Positions 41,032 to 53,070 of a DNA stretch of 64,000 bases are shown piece by piece. The stretch is from Naegleria gruberi (Eukaryota): NCBI GenBank assembly GCA_000004985.1, contig GG738918.1. One strand, written 5' to 3'. Made by a program: the position numbers and the translations under genes. Position 1 is the stretch's first letter. Every line of letters starts with the position of its first letter. The notes beneath the pieces are model-generated. The model was not told the origin of the DNA. It worked only from the letters and a program-made list of their open reading frames with translations, and did no database searches.

Positions 41032-42423
41032 ATGTCTTTGAAATTGATCATGTATTCAATTATTATTGTAAACTGTTGTTTATTCAATTTCCACTGTTTG
41101 TTTGAAAAATTAACAAAAAAAAATGAGCAAACGAAGCAGACAATTTATAAATTAATTGATTCGGAGGAAATATTCACTCTCAATAATAACAGAACAGAAG
41201 AGAAAGCAAAAAAGAAAAAACTCCAAGAAATATTCTCCAATGATGTTCTTTCAGAAATTGTATCTTTTAATAATGATTTTAAATTCGGAGTGATGACTTG
41301 TGCATTGGTTTCAAAGCAATGGTTTTCTGTTGTGAAGGAACGATCGAAACTTTCACTGCTATGTAAAAGTATTAAGAAATTACAAGGTGAATTTTTGGAG
41401 AATATTGAAAATTTGCGATTGGAAAGAAATAATAGATTCTTTGATTGTCAAATAATTGGATTGATGAAAGGATTGACAGTTCTCAGTGCTGAAAATTGTA
41501 TTGGTACAGAAGGGGTCAAGCATATTTGTAAAATGAACAATTTAACAAAACTGAATATCGAGAGAAATGAAATTGGTGAAGAAGGAGCCAAGTACATTAG
41601 CAAAATGAAACAATTAACTGAGCTCAACGTTGGATGGAACGGTATTGGTAAAGAGGGGGTTGAATTTATCAGTGAATTGAAAAATTTGACCTTACTTGAA
41701 ATTGAAGCTTGTAGGATTTGTGACGAAGGGGCTAAATCTATAAGCGAATTGAAGCAATTGACCCATCTCAATATTTCTTACAATAATATTAGTAATTTAG
41801 GATCAAAATATTTAACTGAATTGAAACAACTGACAGTTCTTACTCTTTGTGACTGTAATATTAGTGAAGAAGGATGCAAATATATTTCTGAGTTGAACCA
41901 ATTAACTGACCTCGATATTAGTAACAATGATATTGGATGCAACGGAGTTGAATATATTAGTGGAATGAAACAATTACTTTTCCTGTATATTTATGGAACT
42001 AATATGTACCCTACTGAACTTCAAAAGATCAGTGAAATGAAACAAGTAACAAACCTTAATATTTCATGGAATTATGTTGGAGATGAAGGAGCTAAATATA
42101 TTAGTGATATGAAACAATTGACTAAACTTGAGGTTGTAAGAAGTGATATTTCTACAGAAGGGGCTAAGCACATTAGTGAATTGAAACAATTGACTGATCT
42201 TAACATTGGTGAGAACAATATTGGTGGTGAAGGAGCAATTGCCATTAGCAAAATGAATCAATTGCGTATTCTAGATATTAGTGATAATAACATTGGTGGA
42301 ATAGGCGCAGAACACGTAAGCCAAATGAAACAATTAACTCATCTTGATATTAGCCACAATTGTATTGGAAATTATGGAGCTAAACGAATCAATACAATGA
42401 AACTGGTATTTCTTAGCAAATAA
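41032..42423 (+). CDS. F-box-like / RNI-type leucine-rich-repeat protein (about 13 LRRs of 28 aa).
   Basis: The repeats fit L..L.I..N.IG.EGAK.IS.MKQLT. The N-terminal F-box-like segment reads VLSEIVSFNNDFKFGVMTCALVSKQWFSVV. Confidence 0.7.
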   Translation: MSLKLIMYSIIIVNCCLFNFHCLFEKLTKKNEQTKQTIYKLIDSEEIFTLNNNRTEEKAKKKKLQEIFSNDVLSEIVSFNNDFKFGVMTCALVSKQWFSVVKERSKLSLLCKSIKKLQGEFLENIENLRLERNNRFFDCQIIGLMKGLTVLSAENCIGTEGVKHICKMNNLTKLNIERNEIGEEGAKYISKMKQLTELNVGWNGIGKEGVEFISELKNLTLLEIEACRICDEGAKSISELKQLTHLNISYNNISNLGSKYLTELKQLTVLTLCDCNISEEGCKYISELNQLTDLDISNNDIGCNGVEYISGMKQLLFLYIYGTNMYPTELQKISEMKQVTNLNISWNYVGDEGAKYISDMKQLTKLEVVRSDISTEGAKHISELKQLTDLNIGENNIGGEGAIAISKMNQLRILDISDNNIGGIGAEHVSQMKQLTHLDISHNCIGNYGAKRINTMKLVFLSK

Positions 42424-42816
42424 GGAGCTAACTAAAGATGAAGCCTGGTAAAAAGTCGCTCGCAAACCTTAAACAAATGAAAAAGTTACAATTATGGAAT
42501 GTGAGTTCAAGAAAATGGTTTAATTTGGAGAAGTAACACTTTGACCAAAATACACTATGGTGGGGAGAGTTCAATATGATTCTAGTAGTACGCATAGAGT
42601 TTAGTATTCTCTGATAAAAATGAAACGAAAATTGCAAGCATCAGGCTCAACAATTCACAATGCTGATAAATCAAAGAAGAAGAAGAAAAACCTCCAGAAG
42701 GGTGTCTATTTGGATCAGCAAGAACAAACTTTCGCAATTCTCAAACAATCATGAGTACAACCCCACTTCGGAAGAGGAAGAGGAAGAGGAATTTAATGTG
42801 GAAGAGATAGGAAGAG

Positions 42817-43077
42817 ATGATGCAGATTGGATATAACTTTAAAGATGGAGAGGATGAACAAGATTGTTTAAAAGCAATGGAATGTTTTATGAAGGTTGCT
42901 TTTAAAGATGATAGATCTATCATCATTGCCGAGGCACAATTTGAAATTGGATGTTTTTATGATCTTGGTTGGGGAGTTGAAAAGGATTATGTCAAATCAT
43001 TTGAATGGTATATAAAAGCTCAAACAACAATTCAACCAAGATCAGATTTAATAATCAAAATATTACCTTCAATTTGA
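42817..43077 (+). pseudogene. Sel1-like repeat fragment (GWGVEKDYVKSFEWYIKA) within a region of short, interrupted ORFs. It is either a decayed gene or exons of a multi-intron gene.
   Basis: One Sel1/TPR-like repeat is recognisable. The surrounding region 42424-43080 shows coding-like stretches broken by stops. Confidence 0.25.
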
Positions 43078-43385
43078 AACAATGCATCATTGGCCATGAC
43101 ATTCTTGTCAAAATTAACTGTTCTCAAAACCTTGAAATATTAAGAGGAAGTAAGGTTTTTATTTATTTAAGCAAAGAATGAAAATAATTTTGCAATTTGG
43201 TTGGAATATTTTTCAAGTATCGAAAACAGTGACACTCTATTCCTATTCTTAATAAGAAGAACAGAGATTGATCAATTCAACTGGTGCTTTTGTAAATGTG
43301 GAATATTGATATTTCAATAATTTTCTCACTCTTTCCAATGATTTTGATTTAAAAAAAAATATCAAAACGTTGTTGACACTGTCAA

Positions 43386-43436
43386 ATGGCAAGAACCAAA
43401 TATACGGGCCGAAAATCAACAGGTGGTAAAAGACCA
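43386..43436 (+). pseudogene. Histone H3 N-terminal tail relic (MARTKYTGRKSTGGKRP compared with H3 MARTKQTARKSTGGKAP). No histone-fold exon follows.
   Basis: 14 of 17 residues are identical to the invariant H3 tail, starting at an ATG. Downstream, the ORF runs into unrelated sequence and then a stop. Confidence 0.35.
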
Positions 43437-43728
43437 ATGTATAGTCGTTCCTTTTTTATTGTTCAACTTTCTGAATTGATGAAATTTCCAATTTGTAAAA
43501 GTAATTTTTGAACAATTAATAATTTAATTATGTTGTAAATAATTATTTGATAACAAATTAGATTCAGAAAATAATGAAAGACAATCAAGAGAGGCATTGA
43601 TTGATATTTCATTGGAGATTGGTCCTCTAACTCCGTTCGGAAGTAAAATTGAATCTTTCAACTATGGTATTGGAAATTAATGGAAAGTTAGGATTTAAGC
43701 AATTCAATGAAGAGAGATTACGTTCTGC

Positions 43729-44127
43729 TTGTCCTGTCTAGAAGGTTATCGGACAATTTATAAACAGTTATTGGACTATCTCTTTGAAAGATGTAATTGT
43801 GAAATGGATCAAAATGTAATATTATTTGATGGAGAATCCATTCATGTGATTAGTGAAATGGTTGTTTTTCAAAATATGTTTGAATATCTGGATCCATTAT
43901 CATCAGTCAATCTGGCACTAACTTGTAAATCATTTTATGAAAAGATTTTCATTGAGGAAAGATTTACCTTTCCTTCTCTTGTATTATTTTCTGTTCCCTA
44001 TAGAAGGCGATATGTTTCCTATAATTCATCAGATGATGATAGGTATTTTCAGTATTCTGAAGAATCTGAGTATGATGATGATGATCGATCCGAAGAAAGA
44101 ATAACAAAACAACCAAAACTGGAATAA
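43729..44127 (+). CDS. Hypothetical protein with an F-box-like segment (MFEYLDPLSSVNLALTCKSFYEKI) and an acidic tail.
   Basis: It has an ORF and an ATG start. The F-box resemblance is weak. Confidence 0.35.
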   Translation: MSCLEGYRTIYKQLLDYLFERCNCEMDQNVILFDGESIHVISEMVVFQNMFEYLDPLSSVNLALTCKSFYEKIFIEERFTFPSLVLFSVPYRRRYVSYNSSDDDRYFQYSEESEYDDDDRSEERITKQPKLE

Positions 44128-44300
44128 TTCACAATCGTTTACACTGATTTGATTTGATAACAGTGACTTTAGACGGAAGATCATTATTTAAATCTATCAT
44201 TGTTTGCTCTTGATGTATTTGAACAGTTCATTGTAAACTTGCAAAATTGATCACAAGTTCAGCTTTAAAAAAAAAAAAGGAAGTTCAGCTTTAAAAAAAA

Positions 44301-45239
44301 ATGTCAAAAACAACTGTGACCCTGATCGACTTTGTTCCATCTTCATCGATTCCAAATCACGAATTATTAAATTTCCTGAAATATTCGCTCCGAGCTAAAC
44401 AATACAAGAAATTTTCCATGAATTTTAATTTGATAGGAAAATTGAAAGGAACTAAAGGCGAGTACATGTATGATTTGGGCTTATCCGATTGTTTTAATAA
44501 GATTATTGTTGGAAATCAGCATTATTTAGAGGTTTTTGAAAGAGGAGGAGCAGAATATTATCGGAATCAACCAAGTGATTTCTCTCCTCTGTTTTCAGTT
44601 TCGTATGAACATCATGGAGAGTTTCATTGTTTGCGAGTGGTGAATGAGAATGGACACGAGTTTATCTATGCAACGACTAATAAGGGATTAATCAAGATTA
44701 GAGTACAAGATTTAATGAATAACAAGTCGAAAGTGGAATGGGTTTTTAAAAAGAATAGTTATTGTAATATTTGGGGATTGGATGTTATTGGAACGAGAGT
44801 TTACTATTTGGATTTTAACAATTCATCTCTCTTCTCATTGAATAGAAATACTGGTACTGAAGTGGAAGAAGAAAAACTTAAAGACCTTACAATGGGTTAT
44901 GGTTTGCAGTTTTTGAGTGAAAATAAGATACTAACCTCTCATGGAAATTGTTTGGAAATTTTAGAAAAGAAAGAGAATCAATGGGTTTCATTGAAAAAAG
45001 GAACAAGTCTTGAAACTAGTTGCCTGTACTCTATGTTTTATGAAAAGGAGTCAGGTTTAATTTATACATCAAATACCACAGAAGGACATGTAGTAATTGC
45101 AGATTTGGAACATCTTTCACTTGTGAAAAAGTGTGAAAATAGTTTGTTTAATTGGAATTATGGCATTATAGTTGATAGCAAAACTGGATTGTTATATATT
45201 TGCAATAGAACAACCAACCATATTTTAATCTTTGAATAA
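44301..45239 (+). CDS. Hypothetical protein, possibly a beta-propeller (NHL-like blades such as GLLYICNRTTNHILIF).
   Basis: It is an ORF of 312 aa with an ATG start. Confidence 0.4.
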   Translation: MSKTTVTLIDFVPSSSIPNHELLNFLKYSLRAKQYKKFSMNFNLIGKLKGTKGEYMYDLGLSDCFNKIIVGNQHYLEVFERGGAEYYRNQPSDFSPLFSVSYEHHGEFHCLRVVNENGHEFIYATTNKGLIKIRVQDLMNNKSKVEWVFKKNSYCNIWGLDVIGTRVYYLDFNNSSLFSLNRNTGTEVEEEKLKDLTMGYGLQFLSENKILTSHGNCLEILEKKENQWVSLKKGTSLETSCLYSMFYEKESGLIYTSNTTEGHVVIADLEHLSLVKKCENSLFNWNYGIIVDSKTGLLYICNRTTNHILIFE

Positions 45240-45919
45240 TTTATCTAATTGTGAATATTTGTAAATTTTCTGAATTAATCAATAATAAGCCATACATTAA
45301 CACCTCATCCACTTGTTTATTCTTATTCGAATTGGTGTCTATTAATGGTTCTTCTTTTTATTTTAATGAACAATTAAAAGATTACAATGAAATATATATT
45401 GCAATCTACTGTAATTGAATTTGATGGGAATTATTTGTTTTCTCCTCTCTCAAACCATTCAATTTTCCTTAGCACAGTCAATTGTCCAATTATTCCACCT
45501 ACCTCTTTCACCACTGTTCACTCTTTCCATTGTAATCTCCTTCTCACTTTTGAAAAATAGAGCGAAATTTTACAATAAATTCTCCAAAGCATTCACAACT
45601 TTGGTCTAAAATTCGCGAAAATCTCTCCAAAACTCTCCACTCACACACAATTGCAAGGAGAACTAATTTGGCCTTGATAAGTAGATCATCATCATTGAGC
45701 GACTGACTATTAATATAATTTTCCTTTGATTACTACAACAAAAAAAACACCTCAACATCACTTGACCTTTTTTTCCCCGATCAAGAGAGAACCATAAACT
45801 GATCACAAATTGAGAAGATTTTGTTTAATAGATTTTGAATAGATTTTGTAGATACTTTTGTATATAAAAACCATCAATAATAATTAGTAAATATTGCAAA
45901 GATTTTAAACTTGTAAAAT

Positions 45920-47420
45920 ATGAAGAGAATTAGTAAACAAATACAATCCATTGGTAAATATCAAGGATCATGGAGAAGTTATAATACTTGTATGATTGAT
46001 AGATCTCCCACCTCCGATAAACATCATCATTCTTCCTCTTCTGCTGGTAATGTAACAACTCACACAATTAAAGGTGCTGATCATAAGGAGCACATGATAA
46101 AGAATCTGATAACCTTTAATCCAACGTATCATGGAAGTCAAGAAGGTTCTTCAAAGAAAACACAGGGTAGTGTTGATTTGTCGACTGTTTATGATTTTGC
46201 CAAACAGCCTCCATCTTCAATTTCATTGAAAGTATGTGATTTTCAAAAATAATTCGAATATTTAACATTTTAGATGATTATGAATTTTGGAATGAAATTG
46301 AACAAGCAAACACTTTTAACATCATCAGATTGGTTGAAAGAAGAATTGCCGAAAAGATTGGGAAGACAGATAAGACAATTGGACAATTTGCCGAAAGGTT
46401 TGAATTTAATGCCATCTGTCAGACTTGTAAGAGTATGTTTTTTAATGTGAATTATATGTTTGTTAATATTGTTGTGCTATCAATTTAGGATTGGTATATG
46501 GCATCATTTAATGATTTATACTATAGTAAGAAACCTAAAACATTTGAAGAAGAATTGCAATTTACCAAAATGCTTGAAGGAGTTTATACAAGACACAATC
46601 CAACATTAATTAGCGTTGCTAAAGGTGTAAACGAATTGAAAAGCAAAATGAAGGAATCTATTTATCTGAGTGATGCTAACTTTGATTTGGCAGAATTTTC
46701 TGAACTTCATCAAGCTTTGGATGCCTTTTATATTAACAGAATCGGAATGAGAATGTTAATTGGACAACATTTGGCATTACATGAGCAATTGACCAAGCCA
46801 GTTAAAGATTATTCTGGGTTAATTTGTATGAATACCAATCCTTACAAGGTAGCCAAAGATGCTGCTGAGGATGCTGCTGAATTATGTAGAATGACATATG
46901 GAGATGCTCCAAGTATTGAACTAATTGGAAAGTTAGATTTACAATTCCCATATGTACCTTCCCATTTGTATTATATCTTCTTTGAATTATTAAAGAATTC
47001 AATGAGAGCTGTAGTTGAAAATCACCAAAAGGCCAAACATTTACCGAAAGTTCGAATGGTTATTGCTGATTCTGCCGATAAGGAGCATATTTCTATCAAA
47101 ATTAGTGATGAAGGAATGGGTATCCCCAGAAAGGATTTGCACAAGATTTGGTCTTATTTGTATACTACTGCAAGTATGTATTTATTTAATAATCAATTAT
47201 TTTAACAATTCTTCAAGATGTAATGGATGATGTCAGTAAGATTGAAGAATTCTCAGACAGTCATGCACCATTGGCTGGATTGGGCTATGGTTTGCCATTA
47301 TCTAGATTGTATGCTAAATATTGGGGAGGAGATTTGACTATTCAATCTTTGGAAGGATATGGTACAGATGCCTACATTTATCTTCATTGTCTTGGTGATA
47401 AGGAAGAACCTTTACCTTAA
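45920..47420 (+). CDS. pdk: Mitochondrial pyruvate dehydrogenase kinase (PDK/BCKDK family, GHKL ATPase). It has four exons, with introns at 46232-46273, 46433-46488 and 47174-47217.
   Basis: Exon 2 reads [16 protein letters not shown] and continues in exon 3 as DWYMASF, matching PDK's [49 protein letters not shown] and [35 protein letters not shown] are near-identical to the PDK signature motifs. All splice sites are GTATGT...AG and preserve the reading frame. Confidence 0.85.
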
Positions 47421-47683
47421 TATTAACCTAAATTGGGTTGGAACTAAGTTATTTCAGTATATTTATGTTGTAGAAAAATCATATGGAATGAGAATAGAAT
47501 TGTTCAGATATAAAGAATAATCTTTGCTTTTTTATTCTAATTACAATTTTTCTCAATTCTTCGTCCTCTTTTGCTTATTAATCACAAAAAACAACGCTAA
47601 ATTCTGAAGAGTAGTTTTAATCCAATTACAAAATTACTAATAATTGAAGGTGAAGTAATTTGGAATTTTAAATTTAAAAAAAA

Positions 47684-49234
47684 ATGTTGAACAATAAACG
47701 AAGCAATCCATCATCATCCTCATCATCAGGAAATGTTGGATCAATGTTACCTCCAACAAAGAAGCCTAAAACACCATCGGTTGCTTCATCATCATCATCA
47801 TTGGGTGTTGTCGGATCATCAACATTTAATTTAAAACAACATTTTCAACTTGTTAAGAAACAAATAGACTTGTGCATACAACAATATGAAAAGAATGTTG
47901 ATATTAAAGATTTACTAGTACAATTGAACGAGTTTATAATAACTTTGAATGAAAATTTGTCAACACAAATAGATTTGTTGATTAATTTTGTTAAAGATTT
48001 GAATGGATTGCAAATATTTATTAAAATTATTGAATATGATTATATTTTCAATGCTGATTTGGACTTGTATTTGAATATATTTAAATTATTTAAAGAAATA
48101 ACACAAGAGGAATCAAATCAAGAGGAATATAATCAATATATTGTATTTATGGATACTTTATCTCAAGATGAATATTTTATTAGTTTATTTATTGATTTTA
48201 TATTGAAATATTTGAAAGATGAAGATTTTATTAATGAAATATTCCCATTTTTAGAAAATATGATTGAATATGATGATGAAACTCTAAAATTTATTTCTAA
48301 AGATAATATTAAATTATTGCTCGACTTTTTAGTTAATAATTTGAATAATAATGAATACTCAAGCTATACACAATTATATTTTTATGAAATTCTGTTTTTA
48401 TTAATATCAACTAGTAATCCAAATATTGAAGCTACATTAGTAGAAAACAAGGAATATATGGATAAATTATTAATATTATTAAATGAATTCAGAAATATCA
48501 AGAATGATACTAATATGGAAGTTGATGAAATGGTAGAAAATTTATTCAATATTCTAAGTGGAATTTTAATTAAGAATGAAAAGTTTAAGGAATACTTAAA
48601 TGAATTTGAAGGAATTGAACTAATGATAGCAATAATTAAAGATAAAAAGAAATATAGATTAGGAAGTATTAAAGTATTAAATAATTCTATGGATAATTGT
48701 CAATTAAACATTTCACAATTTGTGCAAAGTGGAGGATTAAAGACATTATTTGCTCTGTTCAGTAGATTGAAAGATTCAGATGACGATGTTATGGAAACTA
48801 ATTTAATTAATATTTTTGTAAATTTACTAAACTCAAAGGATGATCTTTCTCAAAGACTTTCTGCTAAATTTGAGGAAAACCAATTTGAAAAACTCAAAAT
48901 CCTAAACCAGTTATTGTACAAATATTACAAAAAGGTTTATATTTTCGATCAACAAATTGAAAATGAGGATTTATTACAAGAAATGTTCCCAGACCAAACA
49001 TTAGAGGAAATTACAGAACAGGACATTGCACTTAAAAGATTAGATATTGGTTTGGAAGTTTTACAGAGAATATGCTTTGTTTTGGCTCACCTATGCTCTG
49101 CAAGTGAAAAGGTGAAACAATTTGCCAAGGACAATCTTTCAGAAAAGTATAAGATTTCGCTGGAAACATGCAAAGTTCTTTTACAAGATTCCATCTTAGA
49201 TGTTCCAGAAGCATTGCTAAATAATCTCGATTAG
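47684..49234 (+). CDS. ctnnbl1: Beta-catenin-like protein 1 (CTNNBL1) homologue (ARM-like).
   Basis: EGIELMIAIIKDKKKYRLGSIKVLNNSMDNCQ..FVQSGGLKTLFALF resembles CTNNBL1's GMEVLAHLIKRKQMSRYGALKMLDHAM...NCHKFVDILGLRTIFPLF. The N-terminus is basic and S-rich, consistent with an NLS. Confidence 0.45.
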   Translation: MLNNKRSNPSSSSSSGNVGSMLPPTKKPKTPSVASSSSSLGVVGSSTFNLKQHFQLVKKQIDLCIQQYEKNVDIKDLLVQLNEFIITLNENLSTQIDLLINFVKDLNGLQIFIKIIEYDYIFNADLDLYLNIFKLFKEITQEESNQEEYNQYIVFMDTLSQDEYFISLFIDFILKYLKDEDFINEIFPFLENMIEYDDETLKFISKDNIKLLLDFLVNNLNNNEYSSYTQLYFYEILFLLISTSNPNIEATLVENKEYMDKLLILLNEFRNIKNDTNMEVDEMVENLFNILSGILIKNEKFKEYLNEFEGIELMIAIIKDKKKYRLGSIKVLNNSMDNCQLNISQFVQSGGLKTLFALFSRLKDSDDDVMETNLINIFVNLLNSKDDLSQRLSAKFEENQFEKLKILNQLLYKYYKKVYIFDQQIENEDLLQEMFPDQTLEEITEQDIALKRLDIGLEVLQRICFVLAHLCSASEKVKQFAKDNLSEKYKISLETCKVLLQDSILDVPEALLNNLD

Positions 49235-49243
49235 ATTCTCCTT

Positions 49244-51263
49244 TTATTCTTTCTTTGAATAAATTTCTTTAATTCTTGTTAATTCTTGAACAAGATCAGA
49301 AGCAATAATTCTAGACTTTGGATCTATAACTAGGATCTTCCTCAATAATTGAATAAACTCTTCGGCAGCATCATTCTTGTAAATTTTTCTGATTTCTCCT
49401 TCAATTACATTTTTCATGTAAGTGTCACGATTGTAACTTGCCAAATAAGCATGATTCAATTGGTCTTTATCAATTTTTAAAGTTAACAACTCGTACAAAA
49501 TAATACCAAAAGACCAAATGTCAACTTCAAATCCGTAAACACTAACATCATTGACAAGTGCAATTTCAGGTGCAGTATATCCGAAATTCACAATCTTTGT
49601 AATACCTCCAATAATTGAAAGTGTGTTATTGATGGCTTTAGCAAATCCAAAATCTCCAATTTTTAATACTTTTTCTCCACTACTTGTTGTGGTTGTGCCA
49701 TTACTAGTACTTGTACTTGTATTACTGAGACCAAAATAGATATTATTTGGTTTTAAACTTCTGTGCATAATCGAGTGATCATGTAAAAATTGTACACCTT
49801 TAGCAATTTGTAAAGCATAATCACTGATTCTACGTAAAGTCAAGTGAATATTCTTTTTCTTAACCTTGCACATAAAATCATATAGAGAACCTTCATCATA
49901 GAAAGGTGTGACATAGCAAACAAAGAAAATGCTGCCTAGTATTTCATTGGTTGTAATATCAATAAACATATCCTCATAACTAATTAAATGGTCAAATTGT
50001 AATTCTAATAGCGGCCAACTTTCTTTAATTGCATCATTGGCATTCATAATAGTTTCACATTTAATTTTTTTCAATATCTTTGCCTTGTTAAACTTCAAAT
50101 CCATAATTTTATACAACATTGATTCACCTGATTTTGATGCTTGATTTGAAATGTATTGTACAATTTTGTATCTTCCATTTTGAATGAGTGTATCATTTGG
50201 TAATATTAAAGATGTTTGTTCATTGAATACATCAAATACATTGAATATTCCTGATGAAGATGATGGTGAGCTTAAATTTGGTGTTGTTGTGTTAGGTGTA
50301 TTTAATGTACTTTCTTCATTTCCTATTTGATTCATATTTAATTGTGCATCAGTAGAATCGTGAATAATTATTGACAAATCCACTTGTCCAGTAGTATTTC
50401 CTGTTAAATGTATTGATAATGGATTTTCTCTATTTCTTAACAATGTCTATTTTATCCAAGTATTTAATGGTCATGTATTAAATTAACATTATAATAAATA
50501 TTTAAACATTTAAAGTGAAAACACATACCTGTAAATTAATATTTTTAACACCTAACAATTCATCAGTCTTGAAAGTGTGTTTAGCCCAAACTTGCATAAT
50601 TATATTCTCGTGTATTACATATTTCTGATCATTATTGTTAGTAACATGAATATCAAAAATAAACAATTCATTCCAAACAGGACTTGTAGATCTAATTGCA
50701 TTGGATTTTAATGTTCTTCTATTATAACCTCTAATATTATTAGAACCACTGCTATTATAATTGGAAGAATCAAATTCACTCAATTTAGAACAAGCAATAG
50801 AACAAATAAAAACAACATAGGTATTACATGGTGATAATTGTTGTTGTTGTTGTTGTGTTTGTTGAACTGTAATAGTTGATGTATTAGATTGTACCGAACG
50901 TTCATAGATGTGTGATCCTTGCTTGAGATAAATTTCAATGTGTGGAACAAGAATATTATTATTGGTAGCCTTCTTCTTACTCGTATATAAATTATGTTGT
51001 CTTCTATTAATTATTGTATTGGATTGATTGGATAAATAACTACTGATCGATGCTGTGCTGATCAATGATGATGTAGAGGAAATATTATTTGGAAGTGTTG
51101 AAAAACTATTGGTGTGGTGGTGATGAGGAGATGACGATGAAGGAAGCCCAACAGGACTACTCGATCCAGTCAGAGAACTTAACGATGTAGTGCTGGATGA
51201 TGTTGTAGGACTGTGTCCTAACAAGTGATGAGAAATATTACCAGATGATGATGAAAAATTCAT
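49244..51263 (-). CDS. Protein kinase-like protein with an HRD-to-HRS substitution in the catalytic loop (possible pseudokinase) and an S/T-rich N-terminal region. It has two exons, with an intron at 50447-50528.
   Basis: The kinase subdomains read HRSLKPNNIYF (VIb), KIGDFGFA (VII), TAPE-like (VIII) and DIWSFGIILYELLT (IX). There is no clear Gly-rich loop. The minus-strand intron GTATGTG...AAAATAG joins ...NINLQ to TLLRNRENPL in frame. Confidence 0.65.
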
Positions 51264-51531
51264 ATTTTCTCTCTCGTCTGTTGTTACTCGTTAATATATT
51301 ACAAATAGGTTCAAAAAAGAATTGTATAATCCTATTAATTATTATTATTAAATTGTTGTTTGTTGATTCCGCTTGTTTGCTGACTTTGCCCAAGAGAATG
51401 GAAATTTTCGCTGCAGCAAAAGAAGGGAATTTTTTATAATTTTTTAAAAAACAAAAAAAATGCTTGAAATTGGAACTTTTCGGACAAAATGTTTCTTTAA
51501 TTTGTAATTTTTGTTAATAATATTTGATAAA

Positions 51532-52548
51532 TTACAAATCAGTGATGGCCAGTCTTCCTTTGATATCTTTATCATTAATGTGGATGTATCTTTCGACTGG
51601 AATTAACAAATCTTTGGTTTTCAAATATTCTGCATGTTGTTCGTGGACGTATTTAGTAATATCCTCTATTTTCTTACAGGCACCAGATTTACACATTGAT
51701 CTTAAAAATGATCCTTTGACTCCTATTTGAATTGCTCTGGTTAAACCTCCATTAATATTTCCGAATGCAGGTGTATGATATGGATCCCACTATTATTTAA
51801 AATTAATTTAGAATTAAAATTCAATTAAAAGAATATTAAAATTAAATATAATACGGAAACATACCTGCACTCTTGCAAAGCAAACATTATCTGTCATAAT
51901 GGTATCAGTATCATTCTTATTCATTAATTGAGCTACTTTTTCTTTCATTTGAGAACAATTGACTTTCCATTCTTTTTGTGATTTGTAATAACCTTCCAAT
52001 TCAGGATAATACATTGCACACACAGCATGTTTCAGTAATTCTTCTTCAAATGATTTTCTAGTGATGAATAGAGCCAAAATATTAGTTTGATTTTTAGCAG
52101 TGGCATATTCAGATCTGTACATCATCCACAAATAATTTGGTTTAATCCAACTCATTCGTTTCTTATCAAAATTTGGACATTCATCAAATGTTTGATTTTT
52201 AACCACCCAATCAGCAATTCCCGAATTATAGGCCTGATAAAATACAATACATTCTTCATCGTCGATTGTAATAATTGATCCAGTAACTTGTTGTGTAATC
52301 ATGATACCCAAAGTTGATGATTCATCGGCAGAAGATGGTTGTGTCGATGAAAAAGTGAGTGGAGATTTAAAATAGTGTCGTGTTGAATTTTCAAAGCTTT
52401 CTTTTGGTAATTGATCAAAGTATGATGGCATTGTTGAGGATTGTTGTGTTGAATAGAATTTTTGTGTTGCAAAATTACAAGAATAATTGATCGGAGAGAA
52501 AGTAAGATTCTTCAATGATTGATGACCAATTTTGCTTATTTTTTTCAT
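51532..52548 (-). CDS. DUF4291-family protein. It has two exons, with an intron at 51790-51874.
   Basis: The conserved core reads MSWIKPNYLWMMYRSEYATAKNQTNILALFITRKSFEEEL. GTATGT...AATAG splicing extends the ORF through WDPYHTPAFGNINGGLTRAIQIGVKGSFLRSMC...ERYIHINDKDIKGRLAITDL. The family assignment is from memory of the motif. Confidence 0.45.
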
Positions 52549-52743
52549 GATGAAAAGTTGTTAATTTGAAAATCTGGATTTCATCAATTTATTGGAGATT
52601 CATTCTTGAAATTGATACCATACTCAAATCAAAATCATAAATGCACTTTAATTGGTTGAGTTACTCCATCGTTGTTCAACTAATTATTAAGATTTTACAT
52701 TGATCTTAATGATGATGATGATGTAGTACAATACCACAACAAT

Positions 52744-53070
52744 TTATTTGAATATAGTCGATGTAATTTCTTGTTTGATAGTATTCACTTTGAATAGTAA
52801 ATAAAAAGTCTCAGATTTGGATTTAAATGGCAAGATTATATAAAACTCTTCTCTATTCTTGTCATCAACTTTTGTAATCAAATCTTTAAATATTTCATTC
52901 CTATTCAAATACTCTATTAATAATTCTTGATACTCATTCGAGAGGAGTACAATTTTCTTATCCTTTATGAAGGTATTTAATGGATCTGGTAAGAAACGAT
53001 TCAAATCCTTTCCATCCACTGAGAATGATTCAAAATCTGATTCATTCATTCTTTCTATTAATTGACTCAT
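52744..53070 (-). CDS. Small hypothetical protein (108 aa from MSQLIERMNE).
   Basis: It is an ORF with an ATG at 53070. I recognise no family. Confidence 0.3.
   Translation of the reverse strand: MSQLIERMNESDFESFSVDGKDLNRFLPDPLNTFIKDKKIVLLSNEYQELLIEYLNRNEIFKDLITKVDDKNREEFYIILPFKSKSETFYLLFKVNTIKQEITSTIFK

Noticed and set aside
43386-43511. Calling the H3-tail ORF a functional histone variant gene
   Set aside because: No histone-fold sequence follows in any frame within 2 kb. It has been kept as a relic or pseudogene.
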